DNA of 64,000 nucleotides from Planctomycetota bacterium. Its GTDB lineage: Bacteria > Planctomycetota > PLA2 > JAEUHO01. Position 1 is the first letter of the stretch. Every line of letters starts with the position of its first letter. The stretch covers positions 576,001 to 640,000 of the forward strand of contig CBDCTJ010000001.1 in assembly GCA_965222115.1 (NCBI GenBank), in the 5' to 3' direction. The notes under the pieces are model-generated. The model was not told the DNA's origin. It searched no databases and saw only the letters and a program-made list of their open reading frames with translations. A program made the position numbers and the translations under genes. Below are positions 58,801 to 64,000 of this stretch, piece after piece.

Positions 58801-61315
58801 CTTGACGTCATTGGTCAAGGAGTCGTTGCCGACACGTCGTGCCCAAGCGCACGTGGTCGCTGCCGATGGACGCCAACTCGCCCACGCAGATAGTGCCCAC
58901 GCAGGCAGTGTGGATGAGCGCGGTAACAAGGAGGTAGCGAATCAAGCGCCGATGTTTGGCCGCGCCGCATCCATGACGCTCCCCACAAGCCCCTCAGCCA
59001 CGCTTTCGCCGGTGCGCCTTGCCCTGGAACTCGACGCATCTGATGCCGAGGAGCGGCTCTCACGCTCCCGAATGCCGCTGCTTTGGCTGGGTCTCTTTGG
59101 ACTCGTGCTTCTGGCGGGCGCCATCGGGTTGGTGGCACGTCGCATTGCCGATCCCATCCGCGATCTTGTCGACGTCACCAACGCAGTACGCAGCGGAAGT
59201 TTCGATGTGCCGGCACCCGAAGCGGGCAGTGACGAGATCGGTCAACTGTCGATTGCATTCGATCAAATGCGACTGGACTTGCGCCAACAAGTGCGCGACC
59301 TCGCGCGGCTTCGAAATGCTCAGGAGCGGCTGTCAACCACCCTTGACTACGGACTGCGCGCCGACATGGCCGCAACGCTCTTTCGTGAACACTGCCACGC
59401 CGATCATGCCATCGTCTTAGGAGCGCGCAGCCCTGCGGGCCCCATTCGCGTGCTTGCCGCACAGTTGGACGACGATGAGAATCGATTCTCTAGCGAACCG
59501 ATGCCGCTGTCGAAGAACAGTTGGCTTGCGCATGCGTTGGCCACGCACGGTCCCCTGATTCGTAGCGCCGACGGCGATGGAGACGTGGCAGCCACGGGCA
59601 TTGAGGCGCGCCTGCTTCGCCATGCACCGGCCTGGATGGCCGTTCCCCTACGCGCAGGACAAGCACTGGAAGGCGCAGCACTGCTGGGTTGGCGCGATAG
59701 CACGGACGCAACCGAACAGGGGGGCGACACGCCCCGTGTGCTGGGGTTGGCATCGATCGTTTCTAACTCTCTGCACAATGCCCATCTGTACCGCATGGCC
59801 GCATTGGATGAACAAACAGGCCTGCAAAGTGCTTCCGCGTTTCGCGCGGGGCTGCAGGCTGAAGTCGATGACGTCTTGGCGCACGGCGATTCTGTTACGG
59901 TCTTGCTGGTGGGACTCGATCAGAGTGAACACATTGCACGGCGCCGCGGCTCCGCCTTGGCACGCGCCGTTCGCCATCAATGTGCCGGTCGTCTCCGCGG
60001 GATCGTCACCGATGACATGCGATTAGGCGCCATTTCGAACCACGACATGGCGGTGCGGATGCGGGGCATCAACCGGCAGGCCCTAGACGAGTTGACGGCG
60101 CGCATTCGGACAAGTCTCGGTTCTATCGAAGTGGTACAAGAAGACGACGACGTACCCGCCACGACGTCGGTATCGATTGGTGTGGCGCGTGTACCGGAAG
60201 ACGCGGCCAGTGTGGAATTCGCCATGGATGCAGCGGAGCGTGCATTGCGTGCAGCGCAGCGAGAGGGCGGAAGCGCCGTCGTTGATGCCGGTCGTTTGGA
60301 GTCGGCTGCGGTGACCATGCCACCCTTCGAGGACGGCGCGGTGTTCCGCTCGCGCAATATGATTGATGTCGTTGAACGCGCGCGCCGGGCTGCCGCGTCG
60401 GATGCCTCGGTCCTTGTGACGGGCGAAACGGGAACTGGCAAGGAAGTCATCGCCTCGCTCGTTCACAAGCGCAGCGCACGCGCTTCACGACCACTGGTAA
60501 GCGTCAACTGCGCCGCATTTCCCGATTCGCTGCTTGAAAGCGAGCTCTTTGGACACGAACGCGGTGCCTTTACGGGTGCGGAACGACGCCGTGAAGGACG
60601 CTTTGAACTCGCCGACGGCGGCACCCTCTTTCTCGATGAGGTGGGTGAAATGTCGGCCGGCGCACAGGCCAAGTTGCTGCGCGTGTTACAGGAACGCCAG
60701 TTCACGCGGCTAGGTGGCTCCCGGCCCATCGATGTCGATGTGCGCTTGATCGCCGCCACGAACGCGGATCTCGAAGAGTCGATTCGACGCGGCACGTTCC
60801 GTCAGGACCTCTATTACCGCCTCAACGTGATTCGCCTCGAGATTCCGCCACTGCGCGAACGGCGCCCGGAAATTCCGCCACTGGTGGAGCACTTCCTGCG
60901 TGAGGCGCGCAACCGTGCGGGTCGCGGTCCCCGTGGCATGACCGCGGGAGCCATGGATGTGCTCTACCGTCACCCGTGGCCGGGCAATGTGCGTGAGTTG
61001 AAGAACGTCGTCGAGCGCTGTGCCGTGTTTTGTGAAGGTGAACTCGTTCAATCGGCGGATTTGCAAATCGACACGCCGATGGCCGACGAAGGCGCCGCAC
61101 TTTCTCCGCGCAGTGCCCCCACCGACGATCTCAATCCGAGACAGCGCAAGCTCTTGGAACACTTGTCACGCGTGGGCCGGTGTACGAACCGCGAGTACTA
61201 CGAGATGACAGGAACGTCGCCGCGCACCGGACTGCGCGACCTGCAGAACTTGATGGAACGTGGGCTGCTCGTGCGTGAAGGCAAACGACGTGGCGCGGTG
61301 TACCGACTCCCGTAA
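55868..61315 (+). CDS. 1815-aa membrane sigma54 activator (CBM9-like, TMs, HAMP, GAF, degenerate GGDEF, AAA+, wHTH)
   Basis: IDGDLGEW and DSVELFI (CBM9/DOMON-like), SDEIGQLSIAFDQM (HAMP), DEQTGL and VSIGVA (GGDEF fold), [22 protein letters not shown]. Confidence 0.88.
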   Translation: MTQVPKGPNERPQGSTRARWRGPVLWIWMGIVLLMLPRVAAAADGLAPPKALTLEPIPFADAPSIDGDLGEWRSEASKATLLLERSEQVHPTRRAAWDGPRDLSMRGWVGQHDNTLYMALRIQDDDRFHDPTEAWWHGDSVELFINSDYGTPSSTTGYTDGCWQLFLMPVNEEMRWGVVWRGKRMLFSDGNLRGVRMAHRLRGSEGLDIELALPLENFGIDPRRGARTIGFALALNDADTAPSRPGTYMSWNAGFDLFQRPEHFGAMTLGPTAPKQDAAAAPTHSPPSWIWSALALAFAAGLALLLAGPGSHFLARWSLRAKCTSLACIGLLALLIQLVAGSPVEAARARETQAIAEAAKAMDPIAREADHAGVFVDSSPASRADRLRRLMLGDAVPCMPPVAAARMVPIHENGSFVGDVPPRYDFDLSVARQFDLPEPVHARALKLDVRIPATDRTRRGSPTLGTLRVSSKDKRQFDVPVPMPRTEPGSASATLTLTLPQALTLHRMDWIPNDGGNRATLMRVSAQSPGNDTSKPLLLSRRMQAGIPVLAGPGTHGGVRVLTPGQSMETALPALDVPANRLWVLLESDVAFPDLLGDPVLARLAVHYDRGEPQIVALRNGIHVVASRRALGHGNPPPLASRTAYAWRDSQGFRREQPALPVGLDPTRRPVRLTLENLKPGGPLTLVAATLVAHRAEAGGAHLRVTYNDEGPHDTVHRRDAKHPDFHNILSRDGATHRDTHGDVRVHATHTFETEAGDASLEFERAIPAAATDAAARKRTLLLGCLVAALALLVLIAVDVASRFRQLTWRLGFGVIVAALVPLVISLLLVDQHARRDMEQDQRRMTAAGVDALRLRLNDTRRQIQSAAEALVEHVESHDSTSERLTLKRRVALVSRATLPSMRRASVWIHGAQIPPTVVDVGDVAQPLQCARFLHDAAGDSGLHISPWDGLLAVGSARRGSDDRWVQVIVGIPIDDDYLTSLVKESLPTRRAQAHVVAADGRQLAHADSAHAGSVDERGNKEVANQAPMFGRAASMTLPTSPSATLSPVRLALELDASDAEERLSRSRMPLLWLGLFGLVLLAGAIGLVARRIADPIRDLVDVTNAVRSGSFDVPAPEAGSDEIGQLSIAFDQMRLDLRQQVRDLARLRNAQERLSTTLDYGLRADMAATLFREHCHADHAIVLGARSPAGPIRVLAAQLDDDENRFSSEPMPLSKNSWLAHALATHGPLIRSADGDGDVAATGIEARLLRHAPAWMAVPLRAGQALEGAALLGWRDSTDATEQGGDTPRVLGLASIVSNSLHNAHLYRMAALDEQTGLQSASAFRAGLQAEVDDVLAHGDSVTVLLVGLDQSEHIARRRGSALARAVRHQCAGRLRGIVTDDMRLGAISNHDMAVRMRGINRQALDELTARIRTSLGSIEVVQEDDDVPATTSVSIGVARVPEDAASVEFAMDAAERALRAAQREGGSAVVDAGRLESAAVTMPPFEDGAVFRSRNMIDVVERARRAAASDASVLVTGETGTGKEVIASLVHKRSARASRPLVSVNCAAFPDSLLESELFGHERGAFTGAERRREGRFELADGGTLFLDEVGEMSAGAQAKLLRVLQERQFTRLGGSRPIDVDVRLIAATNADLEESIRRGTFRQDLYYRLNVIRLEIPPLRERRPEIPPLVEHFLREARNRAGRGPRGMTAGAMDVLYRHPWPGNVRELKNVVERCAVFCEGELVQSADLQIDTPMADEGAALSPRSAPTDDLNPRQRKLLEHLSRVGRCTNREYYEMTGTSPRTGLRDLQNLMERGLLVREGKRRGAVYRLP

Positions 61316-61326
61316 ACAACGGGACT

Positions 61327-62565
61327 CTACTTGGGAGCCTTTTCGCTCTCTTTCTCTCTGTCCTTGGCGTCACCGTTACCCGATTCGCCGTCCTTTGAGT
61401 CATCGTCTTTGGATTCACCGTCTTCAGATTCACCATCGTTGGGCTTATCGTCTTTCTCGGGTTCCTTCTTCTTCAACAGGAGATCGAGGGGATCCAGACG
61501 AAACTCATTCACACCATGGTTGCCTCGAACAACAAAGACGTAGTCCTTGCCGTCACAACGCACGTAGCGATGTCCCTTGGTGGAACCATCGGGCGTCTCG
61601 TCGCTGCCTTCGTCTTTGACGCTCTTACCTACGTATAGCGTGCGCACATGAATACGCTTATCTACACGCTGCTTGAGCGTGATCACGAGTTCGGGCGCAT
61701 CGAGGCCAAACGACTTTAGGTCTTCGTCGCTGGCACTGCCCGCGGCGATGTTCTCAATCAAGAGCCCAGAAAGCGTTTGGGCTAAGTTGTTGACGCGGTT
61801 GGTGTCTACGTCGCCTTCGGCAGGCGACGCCATCCAATACACTTTGCTGGTATCGGCTTCATCTTTCTCGGGCGCATCGACTTCTACATCCACCGGGCTC
61901 TCACCACGCCGAACAATGGTGACAACGCGCTTATCCAGCCGCTGATCGATGTCGAGGCGGATCGTCTCGGCCTTTTCGGTGGGCTCCCACACGCTACGCG
62001 AGATCCAGTCGGCCACGTCTAAGGTCACGACGTGCCTCGGCACACCGCGGGTGCGCACAATTTGCTCGGCACCGTCGACCTCCATGCGCAGGAACGCATC
62101 CGGGTAGCGATCGTCACGGCCGAGTGAGAAGTCGGTGATCACATCGCCGCCACTCTTCATGGCGCGTACGTGCGTCCATCCACTTGTGCTCGCGTACTTG
62201 GCAAACGTCTCCTTGTTGGTGGTGACGAGGCCTCGGTTGCGCGCGCCGACCAGCGCATCCAACACGCCTTGCACCTGTGCCTTCAATGCGGGGTAGCGAA
62301 ACGCGCTTTCCACGATCCACGAACCATCCGACTCGCGCTGCAACACAACACGCTTCTCTTTGTCGGGCGACGAACCGTCCACTGCTTGCTCGGACAGTTC
62401 GATGCGACTGATGTCGGCGTCGGAAACGTTTGGTGCAATGCGCGGAAAGTTCTCTTTGGCCACCGAACTTTGCTTCGAGGGACGCGCTAGCATGTAGGCC
62501 GCAAGGCCCACGGCAAGCAGGCCGAGAACGATGTTTCTGCGCTGGAGCGTCTGAACACGGCTCAT
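61327..62565 (-). CDS. DUF4340-family protein
   Basis: N-terminal TM, FGLDAP motif, downstream of the GldG-like gene. Confidence 0.75.
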   Translation of the reverse strand: MSRVQTLQRRNIVLGLLAVGLAAYMLARPSKQSSVAKENFPRIAPNVSDADISRIELSEQAVDGSSPDKEKRVVLQRESDGSWIVESAFRYPALKAQVQGVLDALVGARNRGLVTTNKETFAKYASTSGWTHVRAMKSGGDVITDFSLGRDDRYPDAFLRMEVDGAEQIVRTRGVPRHVVTLDVADWISRSVWEPTEKAETIRLDIDQRLDKRVVTIVRRGESPVDVEVDAPEKDEADTSKVYWMASPAEGDVDTNRVNNLAQTLSGLLIENIAAGSASDEDLKSFGLDAPELVITLKQRVDKRIHVRTLYVGKSVKDEGSDETPDGSTKGHRYVRCDGKDYVFVVRGNHGVNEFRLDPLDLLLKKKEPEKDDKPNDGESEDGESKDDDSKDGESGNGDAKDREKESEKAPK

Positions 62566-62584
62566 AGGAGTCGTCCTCCGTGAA

Positions 62585-64000
62585 CTAGTTACGGCGTAGG
62601 AAAAACACGACCAACCCACAGAGGGCCAGTAACAACGGAATGCCAAAGAGACTTGCGTACTTAATGGTCTTTTGCGTACTCACTTCAGTCTTGTCGAGCT
62701 TTCGCAACTTGGGTTGACGGGTGCGAAGTTCCATGAGGTCGTCGCCACCGGCCATCCACAACATGGTGCTCACGATGGCCTCAACGCCGCCCTCGCCATT
62801 GATCTGCGCCAGACCCGATCGCGCGTCGCTCGTAAATTGATCCTGGGCAAACTCGGCATCGGACATGACAAGGAGTTGAACGCGCCCTTCATTGACCTGT
62901 GGTGGCCCGTCAAACATCTGCTGCGGGGCGCTTTCCTCTTCACTCGGCTTCTCGCCTTCGTCCGGCTTGGCGTCTTCATCGGGCTTGGCTGCATCTTCGC
63001 CCGAGGAATTGTCGCCCTTGTTGTCGGGGTCGTCGCCATCGCTATCGCCATCGCCCTTGTTGCCCCCCTCGCCTTCGCCGCCCTCATCGTCGCCACCAGG
63101 GAAGGCGGGAATACCTTCTTTGTCGTCCTCGCCGGACTCGGCACCGTCGTCCTTCGGCTCTTCCTTCTTGAACTTGCCCTTCCAGAACGACGTTGCGGGT
63201 CCATCGATGTACACCGCGAGGGGAATGGCCTCACGACTTGCCCCCTCAAAGTCCAGCGACGGCGCGAGTAGTCCTGTAATGCTCTTTCGACGCACACCCT
63301 CGGATGACGTGGAGAGCCACACCGTCGCATGACGACCGGCCTTCTGCTGCACATCCTCATCCAAGGCAATGGCCGAAGGCCAAAATACAGGAAAGCCCTT
63401 CAAGCCCTGGAGCGCTGTTGCTTCGGGGCTAATGCCGGATTCCAAGATGCGCAACCAAAACGGATGCTCACGAAGTTCAATGCCCATGCGTTGCCGAAGG
63501 GGTAGACGGCACACCGCGCCGTTGGCCGTGTCGGCAACAACGCCGCGCTCCACCGTAACGCCCAAGTGTTCGAGCCACGACTCAAAGCCACTCTCTCGTA
63601 TGGTTCCTTGTGAGCGACCCAACACGGCTTGCGCGTGAACGGGGTCGAGCAGCAAGATGACCCGGCCACCGTTCAAGAGGAACTGTTCGACGTGATACAC
63701 CTCTTGATCGCTCAGGTTGTCGGGAGCGAGTACAAGCAACACATCAACGGCCTGCGGCACCGGTCGCTTCAAGTCGATGTTGTCTCTTACGTGGGAAGAT
63801 GGCGCGAATCGATTGCTGGTGCCGCCGCTTGGATCCGCGATTTGCGACAAGTAGCGCGTAATGCGGCCATACCCAAGCTGTGTCGCGGTGGCCCGCTCCT
63901 GCATGGCGCCTCGACGGATGTAAACGCCAAATACGGGTGAGTCTTCGCGCGTGCGCCGAACAATCTCGGCCATGAGATCGTACTCCAGCGTATCCACTTG
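62585..64000 (-). CDS. GldG-like / ABC-type uncharacterized transport auxiliary protein, 5' truncated
   Basis: LEYDL, QFLLNGGRVILLLDP, C-terminal TM GIPLLLALCGLVVFF. Confidence 0.82.
   Translation of the reverse strand, partial: QVDTLEYDLMAEIVRRTREDSPVFGVYIRRGAMQERATATQLGYGRITRYLSQIADPSGGTSNRFAPSSHVRDNIDLKRPVPQAVDVLLVLAPDNLSDQEVYHVEQFLLNGGRVILLLDPVHAQAVLGRSQGTIRESGFESWLEHLGVTVERGVVADTANGAVCRLPLRQRMGIELREHPFWLRILESGISPEATALQGLKGFPVFWPSAIALDEDVQQKAGRHATVWLSTSSEGVRRKSITGLLAPSLDFEGASREAIPLAVYIDGPATSFWKGKFKKEEPKDDGAESGEDDKEGIPAFPGGDDEGGEGEGGNKGDGDSDGDDPDNKGDNSSGEDAAKPDEDAKPDEGEKPSEEESAPQQMFDGPPQVNEGRVQLLVMSDAEFAQDQFTSDARSGLAQINGEGGVEAIVSTMLWMAGGDDLMELRTRQPKLRKLDKTEVSTQKTIKYASLFGIPLLLALCGLVVFFLRRN

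Overview
GC-rich bacterial chromosome segment, probably Planctomycetota (inferred from the long-insert LepB, the tandem cytochrome c domains and the gene content). Two housekeeping arms flank a ~23 kb accessory island at ~19.7-42.8 kb. The left arm (1-19.6 kb) carries lepA-lepB-lptB, etfBA, an OmpR-type two-component pair, birA, a di-heme cytochrome c, an EF-hand protein, an RdgC-like pair, an LPS kinase, a protamine-like K/R protein behind a structured leader, and an NtrC-type regulator. The right arm (42.8-64 kb) carries an NtrB-like PAS kinase, TPR proteins, a CarH-like regulator, an AI-2E transporter, ogt, an M28 peptidase, an amidase, a 1815-aa membrane sigma54 activator, DUF4340 and a GldG-like gene. 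The island sits between the NtrB-like kinase and the NtrC-type regulator. It contains (i) a phage-like module (XRE repressor, HTH, Sak4-like ATPase, C1-peptidase/lipoprotein cluster; no integrase or capsid seen); (ii) a candidate new polymorphic-toxin operon: ECF sigma, two paralogous 119-aa beta proteins, a 1665-aa protein with a His-rich nuclease-like tip, and an immunity gene; (iii) an array of orphan immunity and toxin-tip cassettes whose edges are marked by an RGATACCRAG motif. The same motif forms the termini of two internally deleted RAYT (REP-associated tyrosine transposase) elements and abuts IS110 and IS3 remnants. No tRNA, rRNA or CRISPR array was seen. Family assignments come from motif recognition, not database searches.
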